A stretch of DNA of 64,000 nt from a bacterium (GTDB lineage Bacteria; Patescibacteriota; Doudnabacteria; UBA920; VMFF01), in assembly GCA_021811585.1 (NCBI GenBank), contig JAJZOG010000014.1, positions 2,577 to 66,576 on the forward strand, in the 5' to 3' direction. The notes under the pieces are model-generated. The model did not search any database, had not been told where the DNA came from, and worked only from the letters and a program-made list of their open reading frames with translations. The number at the start of each line of letters is the position of its first letter. The first letter of the stretch is position 1. The translations under genes and the position numbers were made by a program. Positions 1 to 9,226 of this stretch are shown here, piece by piece.

Positions 1-2
1 TT

Positions 3-455
3 GACGAAATTTCAAAAAAATATATATTGCCCGAAGAAAATACTTTTGATTTTGCCTTGATGTATGTGCCTGCGGACGGCGTTTTCCATGAAATTGCCGA
101 TGACGTGGAAATTTACGAATATGCGCGCGCAAAGCGCGTGCACTTGGTTTCCCCGTCGACTTTTTATTATTTTTTGCATGTTTTGGGAATCGGGCTCCAG
201 CGCGAGCGCATCAACGAACAGGCCGAACAAATTTTAAAAATAATTCAGGGCCTGAAAAAGGATTCGGAAAAGTTCGGTTCCAATTTGGCGGTTCTCACCA
301 AGCATGTTAATAATGCCAAGCAGACGCTCGATCTTGTGGGTTCTTCGTACGAAAGAATCCACAGCAAGATAGGGGAAATGGCAGGGTTGAAATTGGAAAA
401 TAGCGGCGAAACAGGCGCGCTTGCAGCGCCGCAAACCGAGGATTTCAAAGATTAA
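3..455 (+). CDS. rmuC: DNA recombination protein RmuC family, C-terminal part (5'-truncated by window edge)
   Basis: Frame is open from position 3 (DEISKKYILPEENTFDFALMYVPADGVF...VSPSTF); KYI.P..T.DFA.MY.P and SPST are typical of RmuC, followed by a coiled coil. Confidence 0.85.
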   Translation, partial: DEISKKYILPEENTFDFALMYVPADGVFHEIADDVEIYEYARAKRVHLVSPSTFYYFLHVLGIGLQRERINEQAEQILKIIQGLKKDSEKFGSNLAVLTKHVNNAKQTLDLVGSSYERIHSKIGEMAGLKLENSGETGALAAPQTEDFKD

Positions 456-494
456 GTTTAATTCTTTTTTAATTTAACTATTAAGCAAAACATT

Positions 495-1106
495 ATGGCG
501 ATCAGAAATCCTTCACAAAGAGTGGGCGTGTTCGTGGATGTGCAGAATTTATATTATTCCGCGCGCAATATTTATAATGCCCGCGTGAATTTTAATGAAA
601 TTTTAAAGGCGGCTGTGGGCGACCGCCAGCTTTTGCGCGCCAATGCTTATGTGGTGCGCGCGGACATGCCCGAGGAGCATACTTTTTTCGAGGCGCTTGA
701 TAAAGCAGGTTTCCAGGTAAAAATGAAAGACCTGCAAACTTTTTACGGCGGCGCGCAGAAAGGCGATTGGGACGTGGGAATATCTGTTGATATCATTAAA
801 CTGGTGAGCAAGCTCGATGTTGTTGTCTTGTGCACCGGGGACGGCGATTTCGTGCCGCTTATTGAATATTTGCAAATGTCCGGCTTGCTCGTGGAGGTTG
901 CGGCATTCGGCAAAAGCACATCCAGCCGCCTCAAAGAAGCTGTGGATGATTTTATCGATTTGGACGAAAATACGAAAAAATATTTAATCCCCATAAAGGG
1001 TTTTAGGATATTTCATAGGAATGGAAATGCAAACGGGAATGGGAATGGGAATGGCGCTGCCGGCGGCGAAGGTGGCTTGCCGAAAAAAGGCTTGAAAAAA
1101 TCCTAA
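495..1106 (+). CDS. NYN domain (LabA/DUF88, PIN-like) protein
   Basis: VFVDVQNL, KGDWDVGISVD, TGDGDFVPL, GKSTSSRLKEAVDDFIDL motifs; NG-repeat tail. Confidence 0.9.
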   Translation: MAIRNPSQRVGVFVDVQNLYYSARNIYNARVNFNEILKAAVGDRQLLRANAYVVRADMPEEHTFFEALDKAGFQVKMKDLQTFYGGAQKGDWDVGISVDIIKLVSKLDVVVLCTGDGDFVPLIEYLQMSGLLVEVAAFGKSTSSRLKEAVDDFIDLDENTKKYLIPIKGFRIFHRNGNANGNGNGNGAAGGEGGLPKKGLKKS

Positions 1107-1110
1107 TTTG

Positions 1111-1563
1111 ATGAAAGTTGTACTGGATACCAATGTTTTTATAACCGCATTTAAGGACGAGTATTCTTATCAGAAGCGGATTATAGATGAAATTATCGGC
1201 GGACGGCTTATGGCTTATGCCAACAGGCAAACTTTGCGCGAAAACCACCTTATTTTACGGCGGATGATAAATGACGGGGCGTATTTGAAGGAACTTAACA
1301 ATCTTTTTGCCAAAATAAACGTGGTGGAAAACAGGCGGCAAATTCACGCGGTCTCGGATAAGGAAGATAATAAAATTTTGGAGTCAGCCGTGGAGGCAAG
1401 GGCCGATTTTTTGATTACAGAAGACCGCGCGCTTTTGGAGCTGAATCCGTTCCGAGCGGTTAAAATTGTGGAGCCGGGCGAGTTTTGGGTTATATATGAA
1501 GAAGAAACCGGCGAAGATCCCTGGCAAAAATGGATTAAGTTCGTAAAAGGGAGCGGTAATTAA
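1111..1563 (+). CDS. PIN domain protein (putative toxin, TIGR00305/PIN_3-like)
   Basis: MKVVLDTNVF, DKEDNKILESA, ADFLITEDRALL; ATG at 1111. Confidence 0.88.
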   Translation: MKVVLDTNVFITAFKDEYSYQKRIIDEIIGGRLMAYANRQTLRENHLILRRMINDGAYLKELNNLFAKINVVENRRQIHAVSDKEDNKILESAVEARADFLITEDRALLELNPFRAVKIVEPGEFWVIYEEETGEDPWQKWIKFVKGSGN

Positions 1564-1605
1564 TAGTTGGTAGGTGGTAGTTGGTAGTTGGTAGTTTATA
1601 GTGGA
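1564..1605. repeat. Heptamer tandem array (TAGTTGG)n, about 6 degenerate units
   Basis: tagttgg taggtgg tagttgg tagttgg tagttta tagtgga. Confidence 0.85.
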
Positions 1606-1620
1606 GGGTTAATAAGTGTT

Positions 1621-4600
1621 ATGAAAAATATTGGGAAAAAGCCACTAAAAAAATTCGTGCAAGCATCGGTGCAAGAAGTTGTGCAAGCAGCTGCGCAAGC
1701 AGCCGCGCAAGAATCCGTGCCGCCTGCCCAAGCAGCCATGCACACAACTTTGGCAAACTTGAATGATGCGCAAAAAAAGGCAGTGCTTTTTGGCAGCGGC
1801 CCTTTGCTTATTGTGGCAGGCGCGGGCACTGGCAAAACAACAGTGATAACGCGCAGGATAGCGCACCTGATTTCTTCGGGCGTAAAGTCCGATGAAATTT
1901 TGGCGCTCACTTTCACGGAAAAAGCCGCGGCTGAAATGGAAGAACGCGTGGACATACTTTTGCCTTACGGATATCACGATTTGTGGATTTCAACGTTCCA
2001 TGCCTTTTGCGAACGCATTTTAAAGCAGCACGCCTTGGATATAGGCGTTTCCAACGATTTCCAGCTTTTGGATTCTGTCCAGCAAAAAATTTTAGTGCGG
2101 AAGAATTTGGAAAAATTCGACTTGGATTATTACCGGCCCCTGGGCAATCCTTCGAAATTTATCAATGAGCTTGTGAAATATTTCGGTAAGCTTAAAGACG
2201 AAGAAATTTTTCCGGAAGAATATCTGGAATATGCGCAGAAGATCAAGTTGGATAAGGATAACGCCGAATTTGACGAGGGCGAAGCGCAAAGATTGAATGA
2301 ACTTGCAAATGCCTATCACGTTTATCAAAAATTGCTGCTCGACAACAATGCGCTGGATTTTGGCGACCTTATAAACTACGCGCTGAAGCTTTTCCGCAGG
2401 CGCAAAAAAATTCTTGAATTTTATCGCGCCAAATTCAAATATATTTTGGTAGACGAATTTCAGGACACAAATTTTGCGCAATACGAGCTGATTAAGCTGC
2501 TGGCCGCGCCGAAAAATAATCTGAATGTCGTCGGCGATGACGACCAGAGCATTTATAAATTCCGCGGAGCTTCCATTTCCAACATCATGCAGTTTAAAAA
2601 AGATTTTCCAAGCGCGGCCGAAATAACGCTTGCGGAAAATTATCGTTCCACCCAGGATATTTTGGACCTTGCCTACAAATTCATCCAGCAAAATAATCCC
2701 GAGCGCCTGGAAGCGCAGCTTGGCCTGAGCAAGAAATTAATTTCACCCCTCAAGGGAAAAGGGGAAATAGCCACGCTTTCGGCGCCAACGCTCGCGGATG
2801 AAACCGAGGCGGTTGCAAAGAAAATCGAACAAATCCATAAAGAAACAGGCGCGGATTGGAACGAGTTCGCCGTGCTCGTGCGCGCCAACGACCAGGCCGA
2901 CGCGTTTATTTCCAAATTTTCCGCCAAGGGCATCCCTTACACATTTTTCGCCAACAAAGGCCTGTACAAAAAGGCATTCATCGCCGACCTTATCGCTTAC
3001 ATGCGCCTGATTATTGATCACCATGACAGCGCGAATTTATACAAGGTTCTGTGCATGGAAATTTTTAGAATCAACCATGACGATTTGGCAACCATCCTCC
3101 ATTTTGCCCGCAAAAAAACCCTCTCGCTCTACGAGGCATTGCAGGTTTCCGAAACAATCGGGGGAATAAAAAAAGAAAGCGCGGAAACAATCCGCACTTT
3201 GCTCGGCATGCTTTCCGCGCACGCCTCCCTGGCGGCGCAAAAAAGTGCCACAGAGGTTTTTGTGAAGGCGGTCCACGATTTGCAAATAGGGAACCGGTTG
3301 AACGAAGATACTTTGGAAAATTCGCAGGATAGGAAATTGCTGGAACAATTTTACCGGCGCATGGAAAAGTTTACGGCAGAAAACGCGGATAAATCCCTGA
3401 AAGCATATCTGGATAATTTGGATTTGGAAGAAGACGCCGGGGAAGAGGGCAAAATTGATTTTGATCCGAACCAAGGACCGGAAAGCGTAAAAATTTTGAC
3501 AGTACACTCTTCCAAGGGCTTGGAATTTTCTTATGTTTTTATTGTTAATTTGGTTAAGCAGCGCTTTCCAAGCATGAATAGAAAAGACAGCATTGAAATT
3601 CCCGCGCCGTTGCTTAAGGAGGCCTTGCCCGAAGGGGACGTGCATCTCCAGGAAGAACGCCGCCTTTTTTACGTGGCCATGACTCGTGCCAAGCGCGGTT
3701 TGTATTTTACTTATGCTTTGGATTACGGCGGCGCGCGCACAAAACCGCCTTCGCAATTTTTAATCGAACTCGGGCTTGTCAAAGAGCCGCAAAAAAGCGT
3801 GGAAATTCTGCGCAAAGAGCAGAGCATCGCGAGGCATTACAATTACGATCCGCACGTTTTCATGCCCAACGCGTTTTCGTATACGCAAATTTCCGATTTC
3901 AAACGCTGCCCCATGTCTTTTAAATATAAATATCTGATACATATTCCGGTCGAGGGCAGCGCCAACCAATCTTTTGGAATTACAATTCATAAAACCTTGG
4001 AAGATTTTTTGAAGAGGTATAAGGCAGGCCTGGAAATGACCCAGCTGGAATTGTTCGGCACGGCGCGCGGCAAAAATGACGGCGCGGAGTCGGCTGCCCG
4101 CAAGCTTGCGAGTGAGGAGTTGGCTGCCCGCAAGCCCGTGAACGCGGAATCGGGCGATAAAGTGGCATCTAAAATTTCCGTTGAGGGCGAGCTGTTTAAA
4201 ATTTATGAGAAAAATTGGATTGATGAATGGTATGAAACCAAAAAGCAGAAAGAAGAATTCCGGGAGCGAGGCAAGAAAATTTTGAAGAGTTTTTATGAGG
4301 AATTTGTCCAAAATCCCGTGGCGCCGAAATACATTGAGGAGAAGTTTAATTTGAAATTGGGCGAATATTTTTTTAGCGGCAAAATCGACCGTGCCGATGC
4401 CGAGGCTCAAGGCCTGGATATTGTGGATTATAAAACCGGTGCGAAAAAAGAAGAAACCAAAGAAGGCCGCCGCCAGCTTATGATTTACCAGTGGGCGGCG
4501 CAGGAATTTTTGAAAGAAAAAGTGGTTGGCCTTAAGTATTGGTACTTGTTCGATAATGTTTTTTCCGAAAGTTTTGTGGCCAGCAGCGAAGATATTGCCG

Positions 4601-4719
4601 AGCTTAAAGCAGGGCTTTTGGAGGATATCGAGGAAATTCGCCGGGCGGTTGCGCAAAATTCTTTTAAAGCGCTGGATGCTAAAATTAAGCATGACTGCAA
4701 GTTCGAGAATTTGGAATAA
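1621..4719 (+). CDS. UvrD/PcrA-family SF1 helicase fused to a C-terminal PD-(D/E)xK (RecB-like) nuclease; start uncertain (1621 or 1738)
   Basis: AGAGTGKT, LTFTEKAA, LVDEFQDTN, VGDDDQSIYKFRGA, TVHSSKGLEF, EERRLFYVAMTRAK; C-terminal SYTQISDFKRCP, GKIDRAD, IVDYKTG, QLMIY. Confidence 0.92.
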   Translation: MKNIGKKPLKKFVQASVQEVVQAAAQAAAQESVPPAQAAMHTTLANLNDAQKKAVLFGSGPLLIVAGAGTGKTTVITRRIAHLISSGVKSDEILALTFTEKAAAEMEERVDILLPYGYHDLWISTFHAFCERILKQHALDIGVSNDFQLLDSVQQKILVRKNLEKFDLDYYRPLGNPSKFINELVKYFGKLKDEEIFPEEYLEYAQKIKLDKDNAEFDEGEAQRLNELANAYHVYQKLLLDNNALDFGDLINYALKLFRRRKKILEFYRAKFKYILVDEFQDTNFAQYELIKLLAAPKNNLNVVGDDDQSIYKFRGASISNIMQFKKDFPSAAEITLAENYRSTQDILDLAYKFIQQNNPERLEAQLGLSKKLISPLKGKGEIATLSAPTLADETEAVAKKIEQIHKETGADWNEFAVLVRANDQADAFISKFSAKGIPYTFFANKGLYKKAFIADLIAYMRLIIDHHDSANLYKVLCMEIFRINHDDLATILHFARKKTLSLYEALQVSETIGGIKKESAETIRTLLGMLSAHASLAAQKSATEVFVKAVHDLQIGNRLNEDTLENSQDRKLLEQFYRRMEKFTAENADKSLKAYLDNLDLEEDAGEEGKIDFDPNQGPESVKILTVHSSKGLEFSYVFIVNLVKQRFPSMNRKDSIEIPAPLLKEALPEGDVHLQEERRLFYVAMTRAKRGLYFTYALDYGGARTKPPSQFLIELGLVKEPQKSVEILRKEQSIARHYNYDPHVFMPNAFSYTQISDFKRCPMSFKYKYLIHIPVEGSANQSFGITIHKTLEDFLKRYKAGLEMTQLELFGTARGKNDGAESAARKLASEELAARKPVNAESGDKVASKISVEGELFKIYEKNWIDEWYETKKQKEEFRERGKKILKSFYEEFVQNPVAPKYIEEKFNLKLGEYFFSGKIDRADAEAQGLDIVDYKTGAKKEETKEGRRQLMIYQWAAQEFLKEKVVGLKYWYLFDNVFSESFVASSEDIAELKAGLLEDIEEIRRAVAQNSFKALDAKIKHDCKFENLE

Positions 4720-4740
4720 GGCGGATTTTTATGGTATAAT
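4711..4740 (+). promoter_or_regulatory. sigma70-type promoter (extended -10)
   Basis: TTGGAA-18 nt-TATAAT with TG upstream (TGGTATAAT). Confidence 0.55.
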
Positions 4741-4745
4741 TTTTG

Positions 4746-4901
4746 CAAGCCGGCGACAAGCCGGCGACAAGCCGGCGGTTTGGCTCCTCGCCATGCGCCG
4801 CACTCGCCATGAGCCGCATATGAAATGCGCCATGCATGTAAAATCCGCGTGTAGCGAGGCACCGTGCATGTGAGGGCCGTATACGCAGGTGCCGTATACG
4901 C
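4746..4901. repeat. Cluster of short local tandem duplications in the 5' leader
   Basis: CAAGCCGGCGA x3 (4746-4778), CTCGCCATGmGCCGCA x2, GCCGTATACGC x2. Confidence 0.8.
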
Positions 4902-4923
4902 TGCGTAGAAATGGCTACCATCA

Positions 4924-5292
4924 ATGCTTGAAAACGTAAAAAGACAATTCGTGCTCCTGCTTTTGCTCTCGGTATTATTTTTATTTTGCACGATTGTCAT
5001 CATCGCGTTTGTGGATCCGTTTGCCGCGCATTGGCCGCTTATTTCGCTCTTTTATTTTTGTTTATTCCTTTTTTGTTTCAGTTTTTCCACTTTTATTTTT
5101 TATTTTCTGCGCAACAGGTTTTCAGCAGGCCTTTACAGCAAAAAAATAGGCGCCGCAGGCCGCGAAGCGTTTTTACTTTCGGTTTTCGCAATCGTTTCGC
5201 TGGCGCTGGCTTCAAAACAAATTTTGTTTTGGTGGACGGAAATGGGGCTGGCAGTTATGCTGATCACAATTGAATTATATTTTTTGATTTAA
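4924..5292 (+). CDS. Hypothetical integral membrane protein (about 4 TM)
   Basis: Four hydrophobic segments; GREAFLLS motif. Confidence 0.75.
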   Translation: MLENVKRQFVLLLLLSVLFLFCTIVIIAFVDPFAAHWPLISLFYFCLFLFCFSFSTFIFYFLRNRFSAGLYSKKIGAAGREAFLLSVFAIVSLALASKQILFWWTEMGLAVMLITIELYFLI

Positions 5293-5339
5293 TCCTTGGC
5301 GCGGTGGCGCGCGCAAAATAAAAAGTTCAAAATAAAAAT

Positions 5340-7262
5340 ATGGATGTCAACCAATTTGCTTCGGAAAAAAATTTGAAAGACGCGAGCAGCGGCAATATCG
5401 GCGCTGGCAATGGAAATATAGGCAATGGATCACAGCCGCCATCTCCGAAAATACCGGAAGAACTTGTTTTTAAAGTGATGCCCAAAGGATTTCCATTGCC
5501 AAAAATAAATTTTAAACAACCTGCGCCCGAGCCTGTGGCCATGGCCGCGCCTCATTCAACCGCGCCGGCGCCATCATCATCATTAGCATCGTCGCCATTG
5601 CCTCCGCCGCCTCCACCACCACTGCCGCCACAATCATCAGTGCCGGCGCCACAATCATCGCCGTCACCATTATCAGCGCCACGATCCTCGTCGCTACAAT
5701 CATCACCATCACAATCATTATATGGAATACCCCAAACTTTTGCGAAAAAAGCATCGCCGGTCCCACCTTTAAAATCCTTGCCAACCTCGATGCCGCCCCC
5801 AAGGGCAGCTCCAATTTCACAGGTTCAATTTTCACATGCTTCGCAGGCAGCGCAACCGCAAACTCCGCAGCTCGGGGCCGCTGGCGCACCAGCATCAAAT
5901 AATGCAGGGCAATCTCCTAATGCAGGACAATCTCCGAGTTCACTCGGCCTGCTTCAGAACGATTTTGATGCCGGCCTGTTTCAGAGCAGAATGTCCGGCA
6001 AGAAAATTTTATTTTTTGCCGGCATAGGAATTATTGTTTTGATTCTGCTGGGCAGCGGCATTTATGCCTACACGCGGCTCTCGAAAAAATCTCCGGCTCC
6101 AATTCCCGCGTCCCAAACAGCCGGTTCCGGGGAAATTCCGGGCAGCGGAAATTCACCGGGAGCAGGGTCGTCGCCAAATTCGAGTCAGACCCCGTCCGTA
6201 CAATCTCAAATACCATCTTCTTGGCTGCAAAAATATTTCGGTGAAACTGTCTGCGCAGACCAAAATGTCTGCGGCGATAATGCAGATCCTGATCACGACG
6301 GCCTCACAAATTTGGAAGAATACAAACTCGGCACTGATCCGAACAACCCCGACAGTTCTGGGAGCGGGATTGCGGATGGCGATAAGGTTCATGTTTTTAA
6401 TTTGGATCCGCTCTCGGATCACACCGCGGGCATTTTAAAATACACCGATGCAGGCGATTTAAAATATAAATATAATTCGCGTACGCACCAGCCATTCACA
6501 GCCGAAGATTTGGCGAAAATCGCAGCGAACATAAAACAATATGGGTTGCACGAACCCACAATTATGACCTTAGGACCCGATCTTGTAAATTTTTACACCA
6601 ACGGCGGCGGTGTGGCGGCGGGCGGGAATTCGAGCCCCACAGAAGAGCTTAACCGCGATACCCAGCGCGCGGACACCATCAAACAAATTAGCTTTGCTCT
6701 TATAAAATATCAACAAAGCAACGGCTCGTATCCGGATACAAATGATTTCACGACAATGATAGCAGATATCCAACCCATTCTTTCCGCAGGCCGAGCGATA
6801 AATACAACGGATCCGCTTAACACGCCCCCTTATATTTATGGCTACCAGTCCGTAAATAGCGGCGCGGATTTTAAGCTCTCTTATTTTTCCGAAACGCAGA
6901 ATCAGGAAATTGATATTGATGCCGCGGAAGCCCTGCAGGAGTACAGCAAGGATCAGGAAGACCAGCATGATGCCCAGCGGCAAAACGATTTGCAGCAAAT
7001 TGCAAATGCTTTGGAATTGTACTCGAATGACAATGCCAACCCAGCCGATCCTTCACAAAAGGTTTTTCCTTCAGAAACAAGCTGGAAAGAGGCGATTTCA
7101 AAATATCTTTCGCCAATCCCCGTTGACCCGAAAACAGACCAAGATTACACTTACACAGTTTCCCCGGACAACACACGTTTTGCGATTCAGGCGGTTTTAG
7201 AAGACCCTCCGACAGGGGACAAAGGTTATGTTTGTTCCCAGGATGGGTGTACGTATTACTAG
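5340..7262 (+). CDS. Single-pass membrane protein: Pro/Ser-rich N-terminus, TM, TSP3-like Ca-binding repeats, two GspG/type IV pilin-like globular domains
   Basis: DPDHDGLTNLEEYKLGTDPNNPDS; RDTQRADTIKQISFALIKYQQSNGSYP and HDAQRQNDLQQIANALELYSNDN...FP...PIPVDP. Confidence 0.75.
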   Translation: MDVNQFASEKNLKDASSGNIGAGNGNIGNGSQPPSPKIPEELVFKVMPKGFPLPKINFKQPAPEPVAMAAPHSTAPAPSSSLASSPLPPPPPPPLPPQSSVPAPQSSPSPLSAPRSSSLQSSPSQSLYGIPQTFAKKASPVPPLKSLPTSMPPPRAAPISQVQFSHASQAAQPQTPQLGAAGAPASNNAGQSPNAGQSPSSLGLLQNDFDAGLFQSRMSGKKILFFAGIGIIVLILLGSGIYAYTRLSKKSPAPIPASQTAGSGEIPGSGNSPGAGSSPNSSQTPSVQSQIPSSWLQKYFGETVCADQNVCGDNADPDHDGLTNLEEYKLGTDPNNPDSSGSGIADGDKVHVFNLDPLSDHTAGILKYTDAGDLKYKYNSRTHQPFTAEDLAKIAANIKQYGLHEPTIMTLGPDLVNFYTNGGGVAAGGNSSPTEELNRDTQRADTIKQISFALIKYQQSNGSYPDTNDFTTMIADIQPILSAGRAINTTDPLNTPPYIYGYQSVNSGADFKLSYFSETQNQEIDIDAAEALQEYSKDQEDQHDAQRQNDLQQIANALELYSNDNANPADPSQKVFPSETSWKEAISKYLSPIPVDPKTDQDYTYTVSPDNTRFAIQAVLEDPPTGDKGYVCSQDGCTYY

Positions 7263-7270
7263 GGTTACTG

Positions 7271-7448
7271 GGGTCCAACCCAAACCCCCAACCTAAACCC
7301 CTGATCCAAACCCCCAATCTAAAACCCTAACCTAAAAAATAATGCACTTTTAAAGGACTTTTTCTTAACTTCTTCTTAAATACTTAATAAAAAACCCTGG
7401 ATTAGGGTTTTAGATTGGGGTATTAGGTTGGGGGTTTGGGTTGGACCC
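7271..7448. repeat. Long inverted repeat (about 45-bp matched arms) made of C/A-rich ~12-bp subunits around an AT-rich spacer
   Basis: 7271-7296 GGGTCCAACCCAAACCCCCAACCTAA is the reverse complement of 7423-7448; 7312-7330 is the reverse complement of 7402-7420. Confidence 0.9.
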
Positions 7449-7450
7449 AT

Positions 7451-7819
7451 ATGCAAAATATTATTACTGCAAAAGTTTTAGAATGGCACAAGCATCCAAA
7501 CGCAGACCGTCTGCGAATAGTCAAAGTGGATGCGGGGCCAGAGCATGGAATTATAGAGCCGGTTGTGTGCGGCGCGACGAACTTTGATGTTGGCGATATT
7601 GTGGTTTTGGCGCTGCCCGGCGCGCACATAGCGCAAAATATTCACAGCGAAACGCACGAGCCATTTATTTTAGATAAAGCCGTAATTCGCGGCATCCAAA
7701 GTCAAGGGATGCTTTGTGCTGCCTTTGAATTGGGCCTTAGTAGCGAGCCGGAGCCGATTATTTTAGTACTCCCTTCTGGAACCCTTGTGGGTAGCGAGTT
7801 TCAGCCACAAATGGTATAA
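7451..7819 (+). CDS. Stand-alone tRNA-binding OB-fold protein (PheT B2/YtpR-like)
   Basis: KHPNADRL, VVCGATNF, VVLALPGA, IRGIQSQGMLCAAFELGL; stops after about 122 aa. Confidence 0.88.
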   Translation: MQNIITAKVLEWHKHPNADRLRIVKVDAGPEHGIIEPVVCGATNFDVGDIVVLALPGAHIAQNIHSETHEPFILDKAVIRGIQSQGMLCAAFELGLSSEPEPIILVLPSGTLVGSEFQPQMV

Positions 7820-7871
7820 TTTTAAATTGTAACCTGGCCAACATCAGCCAACACCAACTCACGGCACCCAT

Positions 7872-9009
7872 ATGAACATCACTATTACCTCGGATAAAGA
7901 AAAGCAACTCAAAGAAACCCTCCAAAGCAAAACAGATTTTCAGAGCCAGCGCATCAGGCGCTATTTAAAGATGCCCGATCTCTCGCGCACGCCCGGCAGT
8001 CCCATTTATGAGCTTGCCCAGCGCATCACCAACCTCCATGAATTTAAAAATTTCGATATCATAGAAGTGCCTGAAATCGTCCCCGCGGACATTAGTTTTG
8101 ACCTTTTCGATTTTCCGCCGGACCATCCGGTGCGCAGCCCTTCGGACACATATTATATTGATCCCCAAAATATTCTCCGCACCCACACAACAGTAATGTG
8201 GTATTACTACCTCATGAATGAGGATATAAAAAAGCGCATCGCCGCAGGCGAGGCGGTTGGTTCGCTTTGCTACGGCAAAGTTTTTCGCAAAGACGAAATT
8301 GATCGCCGGCACATGAATATTTTTCATCAAATGGACGGCTGGTATCTTTGCCGCAAAGATGAAAAAATCATCACAACAACGGATTTGCAAAACGTGCTCG
8401 CAAAAAATCGCGCAAGCGGTTTTCGGTCCCGACATAAAATACCGTTTCAACGAGGATAAATTTCCTTATACTGATCCGTCGCTTGAAATGGAAATTGATA
8501 TTGACGGCAATTGGATAGAGGTCTTGGGCAGCGGCGTTGTTAAGGGGAGCGTTTTGGAAAAATTGGGAGTGGATTCGTCCAAATACAACGGCTGGGCATT
8601 TGGCTTTGGCTTGGAGCGCCTGGCAATTGTGAGTATGGCTTTGCCGGATATCCGTTTATTATGGTCTGAGGACGAGCGTGTTAAGCGCCAGCTAAAGTTG
8701 GGAAAAAAATTCCAGGAAGTGAGCAAATTCCCGCCGATTACGCGCGACATTTCATTTGTGGTCGGCAAGGATTTTGTGCCCAATAATTATTTTGATTTGA
8801 TCCGGGAAATCGGCGGCGATCTTGTGGAAGAAGTGGAGCTTTTGGATAAATATGAAAATGCCGCGAAGTTCGGTCCGGATAAAATCAGTTATACATACCG
8901 CGTGGTTTACCGCAGCCCGGAACGCACGCTTAAGAGTGAAGAAATAGATCCGTTGCAGGACAAACTTTATAACGAAACAAAAACGCAATATCAAGCGGAA
9001 TTGAGATAG
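7872..9009 (+). CDS. Phenylalanine--tRNA ligase, single-chain mitochondrial type (catalytic domain + FDX-ACB), interrupted by one extra A at about 8402-8407
   Basis: DHPVRSPSDTYY, LRTHTT, GKVFRKDEID..H..IFHQMDG (ORF 7872) continues into FPYTDPSLEMEI, GWAFGFGLERLA, PDIRLLWSEDER, SKFPPITRDISF, YRSPERTL (ORF 8359); removing one A from GCAAAAAATC gives AKIAQAVFG. Confidence 0.88.
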
Positions 9010-9150
9010 GAATTGTTCTTTTGGAATGAACTAATCCTTACTAAATTAAGATAGGGATATTTTAGTTTACTTTCGCTTGTTTTTTTGCTAAAATACAGAT
9101 AGTTATAATGTGCTTGAAAAGCCCATTTTGAGCGAAAATAGCTCTATTTT

Positions 9151-9226
9151 TGGCAGGGGAATCACCGCTGCTTCCGGCAGGGGAATCACCTTCGATTCCA
9201 GCAGAGGGATCACCTCTGATTCCGGC
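9151..9226 (+). repeat. 24-bp tandem repeat x3 in the gyrB leader
   Basis: GGCAGGGGAATCACCGCTGCTTCC / GGCAGGGGAATCACCTTCGATTCC / AGCAGAGGGATCACCTCTGATTCC. Confidence 0.85.

Noticed and set aside
3760-4692. 310-aa minus-strand ORF
   Set aside because: Antisense shadow of the helicase-nuclease gene with no motifs
7310-7420. Telomere-like AAACCCT/TTAGGG repeats
   Set aside because: Only isolated units inside an internal inverted repeat, not a tandem terminal array
9151-9226. 24-bp repeats as a mini CRISPR array
   Set aside because: The units are contiguous with no unique spacers, and no cas genes are present
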